64,000 bases of DNA, taken from NCBI GenBank assembly GCA_963745835.1, contig CAVUZH010000022.1, positions 419,441 through 483,440 on the forward strand. Direction: 5' to 3'. Position 1 is the first letter of the stretch. Every line of letters starts with the position of its first letter. The notes under the pieces were generated by a model. That model saw only the letters and a list, made by a program, of their open reading frames with translations. It was not told the origin of the DNA and ran no database searches. The translations under genes were made by a program, and so were the position numbers. Positions 39,051 to 48,141 of this stretch are shown piece by piece. This DNA is from an uncultured delta proteobacterium. Its GTDB lineage: Bacteria > Desulfobacterota > Binatia > UBA9968.

Positions 39051-39815
39051 ATGAGCGATAACATGGTTCATATCGCCGCTATCGCCGATCTGCATTGCAA
39101 GAGCAATTTCGCGGGAAAGTTCCGAGCGCTATTTGCACAGATCAGCGATAGCGCGAATATCCTGCTGCTCTGCGGCGATCTGGTCGATTATGGCTTGCCT
39201 GAAGAAGCTCACGTGCTGGTAAAAGAATTAAGCGATGTCACCAAACGGATACCCATTATCGCCGTGATGGGGAATCACGAGTTCGAATCCGGCAAGATCG
39301 ACGAAGTGCAAAAGATACTAACCGATGGCGGCATTCTCCTGCTTGACGGCGAGGCATGCGAGATCGAGGGGATCGGTTTCGCCGGGGTCAAGGGTTTCGC
39401 CGGCGGCTTTGGCGAACGGCTGCTTGCGCCATGGGGCGAGGCCATAATGAAGAAATTTGTGCATGAGGCTGTGGAGGAAGCCCTGAAGCTTGAATCCGCT
39501 CTGGCCAAGCTGCGCACGACCCATCGCATTGCTCTGCTGCACTACTCGCCGATTGCGGCGACCGTAATGGGAGAACCGCTGGAGATTTATCCCTTCTTAG
39601 GATCGAGCCGGCTGGAGGAGCCGTTAAATCGATTTTCCGTGACCGCTGCCTTTCACGGTCACGCGCATCACGGCGCCCCTGAAGGCAAAACCAAAACCGG
39701 CGTGCCAGTTTATAACGTCGCGATGAAACTTCTCGAATACACTTTTCCCGGCCAACTTCCCTACCGCATTTTGAATTTACCCCGTGACAACAGCTCCGCT
39801 AATGAAAGGTCGTGA
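39051..39815 (+). CDS. Calcineurin-like metallophosphoesterase
   Basis: ADLH, CGDL, GNHE, LHYSP, HGHAH. Confidence 0.93.
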   Translation: MSDNMVHIAAIADLHCKSNFAGKFRALFAQISDSANILLLCGDLVDYGLPEEAHVLVKELSDVTKRIPIIAVMGNHEFESGKIDEVQKILTDGGILLLDGEACEIEGIGFAGVKGFAGGFGERLLAPWGEAIMKKFVHEAVEEALKLESALAKLRTTHRIALLHYSPIAATVMGEPLEIYPFLGSSRLEEPLNRFSVTAAFHGHAHHGAPEGKTKTGVPVYNVAMKLLEYTFPGQLPYRILNLPRDNSSANERS

Positions 39816-40636
39816 TCACCGTGCCAACCGCGCCTGAGGAGAAAGCCAACCATATCTTTTATCAAGATGTGTTGAAGACAGTGCGACAGGCGGAAATACC
39901 GTTTTTAATCAGCGGCGGATTTGCGCTGCAACAATTCACCGGCATCTCAAGAGAAGTGAGAGACCTAGATATCTTTGTACTCGAAAAGCACATCCGTGCG
40001 GCGCTTGAGGCGCTTTCCGAAGCTGGCTATCCGACTGAGCTGACATTCTCGCATTGGCTCGGCAAAGTTTATAATCACGGTCGGACCGACTATGTCGATC
40101 TGATTTTTAGCTCCGGAAATGGACTATGCAAAGTCACCGAGAGCTGGTTCGAGCGCGCCGTCCCCAGTGAAGTGTTCGACATGCCGGTCTTCCTGTGCGC
40201 TCCCGAAGAAATGATCTGGCAGAAAGCGTTCATCATGGAGCGGGAACGCTATGACGGCGCCGATGTCGCCCATCTGATTCGGACGCAAAGCGATGCCATA
40301 GACTGGAACCGGTTGATCGGCTTGTTTGGCGAGCATTGGCGAGTGCTTCTGAGTCATGTGATCTTGTTTGAGTTCATCTATCCGACCGAGCGCGCGAAAA
40401 TTCCTCATTGGGTAAAGCAGAGACTCGTGACTCTGCTCCAAAGGGAGTTCGACGAACCATTTACGGAGGAACAGGTATGCCAGGGACCGCTTCTTTCCCG
40501 TTCACAATTTCGCGTCGATACGGAGACTTGGGGCTATAAAGATGCCCGTTTGAACATCATGTCACCGGAAGAGGTGACGCATTGGACAGAAGCTGCGGAG
40601 GAAAAAAAAGAAAAGGAAAAAGAAGAAAAGCCTTAA
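39812..40636 (+). CDS. Pol-beta superfamily nucleotidyltransferase
   Basis: ISGGFAL, RDLDIF (DxD), VDLIF; GTGA coupling to the upstream gene. Confidence 0.88.
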   Translation: MITVPTAPEEKANHIFYQDVLKTVRQAEIPFLISGGFALQQFTGISREVRDLDIFVLEKHIRAALEALSEAGYPTELTFSHWLGKVYNHGRTDYVDLIFSSGNGLCKVTESWFERAVPSEVFDMPVFLCAPEEMIWQKAFIMERERYDGADVAHLIRTQSDAIDWNRLIGLFGEHWRVLLSHVILFEFIYPTERAKIPHWVKQRLVTLLQREFDEPFTEEQVCQGPLLSRSQFRVDTETWGYKDARLNIMSPEEVTHWTEAAEEKKEKEKEEKP

Positions 40637-40652
40637 TCACGGTGTTCATCTA

Positions 40653-42242
40653 CTAACTAGATCTCTTAGCGCCTTTCTTCCCGCCGACCTCGATCTCTCG
40701 TTCTAAACCCGGAAGTATCGCTCTGAAGAAAGCGTTTTGCACAAGGCCCAGGATTATGTCAGTCACGCTGGTTTGCGGATCTGAAAGTTTGCCGGAAATT
40801 TTGGTCGTGGTAGCGACCTGCTCGCGCGGACGATTCTCCAGAATCCAGGAGAGCCCGCCTAAAATGCCTTCGTAGAGTTTAGTAAAGATCCCTTTCTTAC
40901 GATCTTGTTTCGGATCGTAAATGTCAACGTCCTTGAATAATGGTTTCACGTAGCCGTTGATCGATCCATTACTCACCGCGATCTCTGAGTAGAAGGAGAA
41001 CTGGCCGGCGACAACGTCGGCGCCAACATAGGCTCTGAGCAAAGGATTGAGGGCTTTGAGCTCCGACTGATCGATGGCTAATTGCAGGTCGAAGTTGGGA
41101 CTCTTCCCTTTGGGTCTCAAGCGCGCCAACAAACGGGTTTTTCCCGAATTCATAAATCTGCCGGTTGCGGTAATTGTCGCGGTACCATCCTCGGCCTGAT
41201 TACTGAGGTTTTGAATTTTCACCTGGGCACCGGTGACAAACAGACGGTATTGAGGATCGCTTGCCTTATTGATGATTCCTACCTCGCTGTCGCTGATATT
41301 GACGTCATTGACGTCCAATTCGAGGGTAGGCTCGTTGCTGTGCTCTCGAATAACTTTATCCGCCTTTTTCGACAGTTCCTTTGTCGGAGAAGTCGCGGGC
41401 TTGGTATGCACATAATCAGCAACCAATTTTTGGACGTGGAGCGTCGGGACACTGAGTATTTTTTTGTTCTTGGCGTACTCGATACTTCCAGTGGTGCTAA
41501 GCACGCCGCTGCGGACGGAGAAATTGTAACGCTCCGTTATCGGCCTGAAATAATCCAGTTCGATTTGCTCCGCCTGAATTTCTGCTTTGATGGCGATGTG
41601 GGGCTCGGCAAGAAAGTCCGCATTTCCCTGCAGAACAATTTTGCCATTCTTAAATACAGTTCCGTCGATATAAACCTCCGATGGATACTCGCCTTCTTGA
41701 GATCTGACGTTGCGAATATTATAGGCCGTGACGTTAACATTGGTGAGTTCAAGCGGACGGTACTGGCCTTGATCTACATAGGTAAGCTCGCCACCAGTGA
41801 TGACGAACTCGTTTATCTTGAGCGGGTAGATAGCCTGCACGGCATCCTGCCAGCCTCGCTCTTCGATCGGAGTTTCGTCTTTTATTTCGTTCTGGGATTG
41901 CTTGAGGTTGAGAAATAGCTTCGGGTTATTTATTTCGAAATCCGCCACCACGTGACCGGAGAGCAAAGCTCTCCAGTTAACGCTGGCGGTCAAATTGGGG
42001 ATTTCCGCAACGGCGGGTTCGGGGTTTGCGTCCTGCGTAATCACTGAATTTTCGAGATCCAGACTAAATCCGATCGGGTGAAAATCCAGCTTTTCGATTC
42101 GGACGGTATAGCCTTTTAATGCCGCGTTGATCTTGGCTTCCGTCCGGCGGCGTAACGGTTCATCAAGGAAGAAGGCGGCGATAACTACTACTACGACAAG
42201 CGAACCGAGAATGGCTGCGAGCCAAACTAGAACCCTTTTCAT
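40653..42242 (-). CDS. DUF748 (AsmA-like) protein
   Basis: N-terminal TM anchor, repeated beta-rich units, GYVKPLF and NAFFRAILPG. Confidence 0.85.
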   Translation of the reverse strand: MKRVLVWLAAILGSLVVVVVIAAFFLDEPLRRRTEAKINAALKGYTVRIEKLDFHPIGFSLDLENSVITQDANPEPAVAEIPNLTASVNWRALLSGHVVADFEINNPKLFLNLKQSQNEIKDETPIEERGWQDAVQAIYPLKINEFVITGGELTYVDQGQYRPLELTNVNVTAYNIRNVRSQEGEYPSEVYIDGTVFKNGKIVLQGNADFLAEPHIAIKAEIQAEQIELDYFRPITERYNFSVRSGVLSTTGSIEYAKNKKILSVPTLHVQKLVADYVHTKPATSPTKELSKKADKVIREHSNEPTLELDVNDVNISDSEVGIINKASDPQYRLFVTGAQVKIQNLSNQAEDGTATITATGRFMNSGKTRLLARLRPKGKSPNFDLQLAIDQSELKALNPLLRAYVGADVVAGQFSFYSEIAVSNGSINGYVKPLFKDVDIYDPKQDRKKGIFTKLYEGILGGLSWILENRPREQVATTTKISGKLSDPQTSVTDIILGLVQNAFFRAILPGLEREIEVGGKKGAKRSS

Positions 42243-42287
42243 AATCAGAAAATGGCGTCACCTTCGCCAGCACCATTCAGTTAGCGA

Positions 42288-42440
42288 TCATAGACGGCCC
42301 ATCAACACGAGGATAATGATAATTAATAAGATAAGCCCAAGACCGCCGCTCGGATAATATCCCCAACCACCGCTATAGGGCCATGTCGGAAGAGCTCCAA
42401 TAAGCAAGAGTATCAGAATGATGACTAGAAGAGTGCTCAT
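42288..42440 (-). CDS. DUF3309 family small membrane protein (50 aa)
   Basis: MSTLLVIILILLLIGALPTWPYSGGWGYYPSGGLGLILLIIIILVLMGRL; GGAGG RBS; below the ORF-track cutoff. Confidence 0.93.
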   Translation of the reverse strand: MSTLLVIILILLLIGALPTWPYSGGWGYYPSGGLGLILLIIIILVLMGRL

Positions 42441-42580
42441 GTTCGTCCTCCGCAGGTTGCTACTCAGACTCGATCTTCAATTTCTTAACTGTGATACTAC
42501 TCTGATACCACCGGGGCGCGCTCATTGAGGCGCTCCCACGGGTTTAGGAACAATCCGTCATCAAGCTGAGTACCGGCCGA

Positions 42581-43369
42581 TTACCGTTTGTCTTGTTGCT
42601 TCTCTGACTTCGCCTGCCGGTTGTCAGTTTTTCCTTGTCTCTGGCTAAGCGCCTTGTCCGTTGCATCCGCTTGCCACAAATTCGAAGTCACGTCGACTTT
42701 GGTGGCCTTGCCGCTGTTCTTGTCAAAATCGATCTGCACCTCATAGGTGTCGTTGCCTTTGACGATCTCGTACTCTACGTAATCGGGCTTGTCAGCATTG
42801 ACGGATGTGATCTTGTAACCCATCTTCTCGAGCTGGCTCCGATAGCTCTGCTTGGTTTCGCCGGTCTTCAGTGTCTTCTCCAGCTTCTCCTCCTCGCTGT
42901 CGTAAGCCTTGCGCCTATCCCGGTCGCTGTAACGTTCAGGGTTAGCTATCGCACCCTTTGGCGCGGAAACCTTTTTTCCTCGCAAAGCTGCCTTGGTAGA
43001 ATCTGTTCGCCACAGGTTCGGAGCGATGTCTATTTTTGTGGCTTTACCGCTTTTGTCAAAATCGAGCTGCACCTCATAGGAATTGTTGCCTTTGACAATC
43101 TCGTATTCGACATAATCTGGTTTGTCATAATTAATTGAGGTGATTTGGTAACCCATCTTCTCCAGCTCGCGCCGGTAGAAGTTCTTGTCCTGTCCAGCCT
43201 TCAGCGCCTTCTCCAGTTTCTGCTCTTCATCGTCATAATTTTTTCTCATGTCACGATCACTATAACGGCTTTGATCGTTAGCGCCTTTCTTGACGGCGCT
43301 GTCTGCGGCAAGTAGCGGCGCAGGGGCGATTAGCACAGCAGCTGTTAACATTAGAAAGCGAACTTTCAT
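42581..43369 (-). CDS. Secreted protein with a duplicated PepSY-like domain
   Basis: Signal peptide; two ~90-aa repeats RYSDRD...LEKMGY.ITS.N.DKPDYVEYEIVKGN..YEVQ.DFDK. Confidence 0.85.
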   Translation of the reverse strand: MKVRFLMLTAAVLIAPAPLLAADSAVKKGANDQSRYSDRDMRKNYDDEEQKLEKALKAGQDKNFYRRELEKMGYQITSINYDKPDYVEYEIVKGNNSYEVQLDFDKSGKATKIDIAPNLWRTDSTKAALRGKKVSAPKGAIANPERYSDRDRRKAYDSEEEKLEKTLKTGETKQSYRSQLEKMGYKITSVNADKPDYVEYEIVKGNDTYEVQIDFDKNSGKATKVDVTSNLWQADATDKALSQRQGKTDNRQAKSEKQQDKR

Positions 43370-43446
43370 GTTGATTCCTCCTCTGGTTGAATCATCTAGA
43401 TGGAAACTCATCCGTTCGTTGTGTTCGATCGCACGAAGGTAAGTAG

Positions 43447-43462
43447 AGCAATCGATATGCCA
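43447..43462 (-). promoter_or_regulatory. sigma54-type promoter
   Basis: TGGCATATCGATTGCT. Confidence 0.78.
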
Positions 43463-43721
43463 GCACCTCCGAAACAACGGTAATCCAGAGGCGGCTCACC
43501 CTAATCGAGCATCTCGAGGAGTTGCGTTCAGCTAATGGACAGCATAGCGCACGAGCTGTAGCGATTGCGGCACAGCGAACGGGACACTTTCTCAGATCAG
43601 AGACATACAGGGTCTGAGTGCGCCTATACCGCGAAGAAACACGGAGGTCACTCGAGGAATGTATGAGCGTCTTGCAGCCGCTTCTAGTGGCTCTTCCTGG
43701 CTGTATCGTGGTGTCTGAGTG

Positions 43722-44486
43722 TTAGGGAGTGGTCTTTTCTCGCTCGGCGTAATAGGCACGACCGCGCTCGTAACCGCGGCGAAATGTTGCGTCCTCACAA
43801 ATATCGGGCCGCAACTCGCGCAACTTCGGTACCGCAGCTTCATAGGCTTTACCGCGGCAATCAGGATGGAGAGCTGTTTCAAAGCCACTGCGATAGATAT
43901 CTTCGTTTTCTCGAAAGTCACCGTCCGGTGCATCAAACTGCGCTTCTTCTGCATCACGCAGTCCGATCCACCACTTGTCACGCGCAGCATCGATGCTCTC
44001 AGCGCCATTTCGCTCGATCACAGATCGCCCTTTTTCAATCGCCTCGTCGTCTGTGGACGTGCCAATCAATACCGTGCGGCACTGCCTCAAAGCATCTTCA
44101 TAAAAGAAAAGCTCATCCTTGGGCAGCCCCGGTGAAAGTTGGTTCTCAAGTGCGCCGCCGGTTGCCGCGCCAGCCACTGCGCCGCCGATTCCAAACGCCC
44201 CGGCACCTAACCCAATTGCCAGTATGGTCCCGACACCCGGCAAGACAATGCTTGCGACAACACTTCCGGCGGCCAGCCCAACCGCGCCGCCCACCACGCC
44301 ACCGATTGCGCTTCCCATACCGGGCTGCTCGCCTTCATCTGTCGGGACCGCATCGAGCTCTTTTGCGGAGCTTCCCGGCGCCAGCAGCACAATATCTTCA
44401 TTGCGGAAGCCCGCCTCAGTTTGCAGCTCCGAAAATGCCCGCTCGGCTTCTTTCCTCGAATTAAAAATTCCGGCGATGGTTCCCAT
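43722..44486 (-). CDS. General-stress-protein-like glycine-zipper membrane protein
   Basis: IAGIFNSRKEAERA, GGVVGGAVG..., LPGVG, YEDALRQ, C-terminal YRSGFE/FRRGYERG. Confidence 0.8.
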   Translation of the reverse strand: MGTIAGIFNSRKEAERAFSELQTEAGFRNEDIVLLAPGSSAKELDAVPTDEGEQPGMGSAIGGVVGGAVGLAAGSVVASIVLPGVGTILAIGLGAGAFGIGGAVAGAATGGALENQLSPGLPKDELFFYEDALRQCRTVLIGTSTDDEAIEKGRSVIERNGAESIDAARDKWWIGLRDAEEAQFDAPDGDFRENEDIYRSGFETALHPDCRGKAYEAAVPKLRELRPDICEDATFRRGYERGRAYYAEREKTTP

Positions 44487-44537
44487 CTGTTTGCCCCTTG
44501 TCTGATTATCTTTCCCGCGTCTTGCGACATAGACAAA

Positions 44538-44553
44538 CGCAATTGAAATGCCA
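44538..44553 (-). promoter_or_regulatory. sigma54-type promoter
   Basis: TGGCATTTCAATTGCG. Confidence 0.75.
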
Positions 44554-44795
44554 CGATGAGCAAAATTATTTGATGTGTAAAAGCGTTGTGTTTCTGTGCA
44601 GCTTCACGAGAACGCAGAACTGCAAAGAAAACTATTGCGGTGAATGTTCTCTTCCCACCCGTGGGACGACGAACTTGAGCAGTATGCCAACTCTAGGACG
44701 TTGAATCTCCTTGAGCCTGATTCGCTGAACGCTGCACTCCGTGCTTCTCCATAGTCAAAGATGACCACGAGCTTCAAGACGCGAATGCCGATCCT

Positions 44796-44811
44796 TGGCC
44801 CTCGCTTTGCA
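44796..44811 (+). promoter_or_regulatory. sigma54-type promoter for the DksA/TraR-like gene
   Basis: TGGCCCTCGCTTTGCA ~200 bp upstream of 45018. Confidence 0.55.
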
Positions 44812-45017
44812 CACCAACCTGACGCTTTTAGAGGAAGCATCACGTTTGAAAACCAAGTTAACGCGCACTCGAAGCAGCCTAACGTTGCGCGAGTAATCAG
44901 GCTTGCGGTAAGAGCGGCGACACGAGGTAAAAATAATTACGAAGGATGACTCGTCACGATGCGCAGTTATCATCTCGGCGTTCATCCTTCATCAAAGTGA
45001 ACTAAGGGAGAACTTCC

Positions 45018-45449
45018 ATGAACAACCGATTGGCCAAGGAACTCGGCGCGACTTTGCGGCGCAAGCGATCATCTCTGCTGCTGCAAGAAATTGTCGGCAG
45101 CCAGAACGAAGTCGAGCCATCGTTAGAAGAGCGTGAGAGCGAGCTCGAAGAGAGCGCCCAAAAGGATCGCATGACTCGCTTGGAGAGTCGCCTGACAGAG
45201 CGCGGCCAGACCCTGCTCCGCCAGATCGACGACGCTCTTGAACGAATCGATGCGGGAACTTTCGGCGAGTGTGAACGATGCGGCAATGATATCGGTCACG
45301 GCCGGCTCAAGGCGATGCCGACAGCGGCGCTCTGCATCGATTGTGCAACCGCCGTGGAGAAGAGACAGCGCCTGCTAGGGGCGAATGGAGATGTTGAGCG
45401 ACTGCCATTCAAAGACGATGAGCTTGAAGGTCGCCTAGGCTCCGAGTAA
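45018..45449 (+). CDS. TraR/DksA family C4 zinc-finger protein
   Basis: IDDALERID.GTFGECERCG..I...RL.A.P.A.LCIDC. Confidence 0.92.
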   Translation: MNNRLAKELGATLRRKRSSLLLQEIVGSQNEVEPSLEERESELEESAQKDRMTRLESRLTERGQTLLRQIDDALERIDAGTFGECERCGNDIGHGRLKAMPTAALCIDCATAVEKRQRLLGANGDVERLPFKDDELEGRLGSE

Positions 45450-45499
45450 TCAGAGGATTCATGCAGACGGGTTTAGCTTGGCAACGTTGTCGGCGGAAG

Positions 45500-47110
45500 C
45501 TAGTTGCGGCGAATGTCCGCAGCGGCTTCCGCTGTCACATTGGCTGGTAAGGTCAAGTGGAAGGTGCTGCCCTTGCCTACTGTGCTGGCGTAAGAAACTA
45601 CGCCATCGTGAGCAAGGATAATTTGCTGCACAATGAACAACCCTAGACCGGTGCCGTGCGGCTTTGTCGAGCTGAACAGATCAAAGACCTTCAGGTCATC
45701 GGGAATACCTATACCGGTGTCACTGATATCGATGCAGATCGACCCGCCGTTCAAGTATCCCTTTACAGACAAAGTGCCGCCGTAGGGCATCGCCTCTACG
45801 GCATTTTTAAAAAGATTGAGTAACGCCTGTTTGAGTTTCGCCCCGTCGCCGCGGATTGGCGGCAGATCCGGCGAGCACTCCCACACAATCTGAACGTCCC
45901 CTTTGCCGTCCATATCCAATCCCGAGATCGTTTCTTGCAGGACGCTGGCGAGCTTCACCGGCTGAAGACTAAGTTTTTGAGGTCGCGCGATCGTTTTGAA
46001 TTCGTTCAGCAGAGAAGTAAGCCGGTCAATCTCACTCTTCAAGTCCTTCAAGGTCGCTAGCATATGCGGCGGAGCTTTGATGCCCTCTCGACTGATAAAT
46101 CGCTCCAGCAGTTGGACTGTGGTGGAAATGCCGTTCAGCGGATTGCCAATCTCATGAGCCAGCATGGATGCCGCGGTTCCAATCGCCGCCAGATGTTCCT
46201 TTTCCCGTAACTTCTCTCTCAGATTTCGTTCCTGCGAGTCATCGCGCAATAAAATCAAAAATCCCTGCAAACCGTCGGCGTCGTCACGTAGCGCAAAGAC
46301 GATGACCCTAGCATAAAACTGTGAGCCGTCTTTGCGCACCAGCAGTTGGTAATCGCGAAATGTTCCTTGATCACTCGCCTCATCAAGCGCCTTTTTTATT
46401 AACGCCTGTCTTCCTTCCTGATCGGCAAAGAAAACCGACAACCGCTGGTCCGCCATATCGTCACTCTCGCGGCCCAGAATGCGGGTTGCGGTTCGGTTCC
46501 AGTCAACGATGCGGCCATCGGCATCGGATATCAGAACCGCGTAATTGGTGATGTTGCGGAGCAAATTCCCGAGGATTTGCTCGACCTGCTTGCGTTGCGC
46601 CTCCTCGTGCTGAAGCTCCTCGGTTTTCGACATCAACTCGGATGTTTGTTCGATCACGCGCTGCGCCAAACGCTGATTCAATTCGAGAATAATCTTTTCC
46701 GCCTCGTTGCGTTCGGTAACTTCTCGAATAACTTTTACGACGTAGGCGCCCTTATCAGTTTGCAGAAGCGTGCACGTTGCTTCCGCGGCAAAAAGCGATC
46801 CGTCACGGCGGCGATACTGCCATTCACCGCGCCAGCAGCCGTTTTGCTCGATGTCGGGAATCGAGGTCTGATAGATGCGATCGAACCAATTCTTGTCGAG
46901 GTACAGCCGTTCGGTGGTCTGTTGCAAGACCTCCTGAGCCGAATAGCCAAACAACAAGGTTGCGCCTTCATTCCAGTAAACGATACAGCGCGACTTGAAC
47001 TCGATAACGATGATCGCCTCAGGAATCCCTTTGTACAGTGACACCAGGACCTTCTCATCGAGCGGCGGCGGACAAGTTTGGCTATGAATTGCTGGTTCGT
47101 TGGCAGACAT
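45500..47110 (-). CDS. PAS-PAS sensor histidine kinase (NtrB-like transmitter)
   Basis: Two PAS domains, LAHEIGNPL, NLFKNAVEAM, DTGIG, GTGLGL. Confidence 0.95.
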   Translation of the reverse strand: MSANEPAIHSQTCPPPLDEKVLVSLYKGIPEAIIVIEFKSRCIVYWNEGATLLFGYSAQEVLQQTTERLYLDKNWFDRIYQTSIPDIEQNGCWRGEWQYRRRDGSLFAAEATCTLLQTDKGAYVVKVIREVTERNEAEKIILELNQRLAQRVIEQTSELMSKTEELQHEEAQRKQVEQILGNLLRNITNYAVLISDADGRIVDWNRTATRILGRESDDMADQRLSVFFADQEGRQALIKKALDEASDQGTFRDYQLLVRKDGSQFYARVIVFALRDDADGLQGFLILLRDDSQERNLREKLREKEHLAAIGTAASMLAHEIGNPLNGISTTVQLLERFISREGIKAPPHMLATLKDLKSEIDRLTSLLNEFKTIARPQKLSLQPVKLASVLQETISGLDMDGKGDVQIVWECSPDLPPIRGDGAKLKQALLNLFKNAVEAMPYGGTLSVKGYLNGGSICIDISDTGIGIPDDLKVFDLFSSTKPHGTGLGLFIVQQIILAHDGVVSYASTVGKGSTFHLTLPANVTAEAAADIRRN

Positions 47111-47324
47111 TGTGCCCTTATCTTTGCAGCCACCTTAAGTGACTGCTGCGAATTCTATTGAGGTCCTACGATCTGGGTCATCATTTAACTATATCGCTGA
47201 TAAATCAAGATCCTCTCAATCTAGCTTGGCACAGATCGACTGCCGCCTCACCCGAAGACGCACCGGATAGGGTGAATTCCGACCTGGGACAAACCCCTTT
47301 GTGAAAACGAATCGCAAATCGTAC

Positions 47325-47340
47325 TGGCATGCTCGTTGCG
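47325..47340 (+). promoter_or_regulatory. sigma54-type promoter for ASRT
   Basis: TGGCATGCTCGTTGCG, followed by an AGGAG RBS. Confidence 0.78.
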
Positions 47341-47365
47341 TTTTTGCGCTGTTTAGGAGAGACAC

Positions 47366-47737
47366 ATGAAGGCAATCGGAGCGAGGCTTTGGGCAATCCC
47401 GGAGGGCTATATTCCTGGCTGGAGCAACGGTCCCGAACCTGAATTCACCAGCCATGAGACCGTCTGCTTGCTTAATACCGCGGATCAGGATGCTCACGTC
47501 CTCATTACCGTCTTCTTCTCTGATCGCGAACCTGCCGGCCCCTATGCGATTACAGTGGCCCCGCGCCGGACAAAGCACGTGCGGTTTAACGATTTGAGAG
47601 ATCCGGAAAAAATTCCACCGGCTACCGATTTTGCCAGCGTCATCGAATCCGACGTGCCGATCGTGGTACAGCACACACGCCTCGACTCGCGCCAAGCAGA
47701 GAACGCTTTACTCAGCACGATCGCTTACCGGGAATAG
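47366..47737 (+). CDS. Anabaena sensory rhodopsin transducer (ASRT) family protein
   Basis: W.IPEGYIP, SHET.C.LN, RRTKHVRFNDL.DPE.IP, VPIVVQHTRLDSRQ. Confidence 0.92.
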   Translation: MKAIGARLWAIPEGYIPGWSNGPEPEFTSHETVCLLNTADQDAHVLITVFFSDREPAGPYAITVAPRRTKHVRFNDLRDPEKIPPATDFASVIESDVPIVVQHTRLDSRQAENALLSTIAYRE

Positions 47738-48141
47738 GCCATGCCCATGGATGGCGATTAGCCAATTCCTCGATCAACTCGATAGAACTCAGAACACACG
47801 ACCGCGTTCCTCAGCAGCCTTGCCGGCATTTGTCAGCGCTTTCAGAGCCCACCCGGTTTCGAGCTCCAATCATCCGGACACACTGTAATGAGCGGCGAAG
47901 CCTCGAACGAGAAAGGCACGGACGGATTCAATTCTGTCTGGGTGCGCATGGTGCGCCGGCTGCCGGCCTATTGAGCACCGGGGATAAAGGGTGGAAACTT
48001 AAATGAACCGAATCTGCAGGTGGAGGAACGCTTGTATACCGATGGAGAATAAGCCCGGCAGAAGCGAAGGCACGGGAGTGAACAATTCACTTGCGTTGAT
48101 CACGGTGTTAGTTGAGAACTAGGGTTCGAGACTAGCTACAA

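Noticed and set aside
39051-40636. CBASS or MNT-HEPN toxin-antitoxin
   Set aside because: No effector, Cap2/3 or HEPN gene; kept only as an uncharacterised pair.
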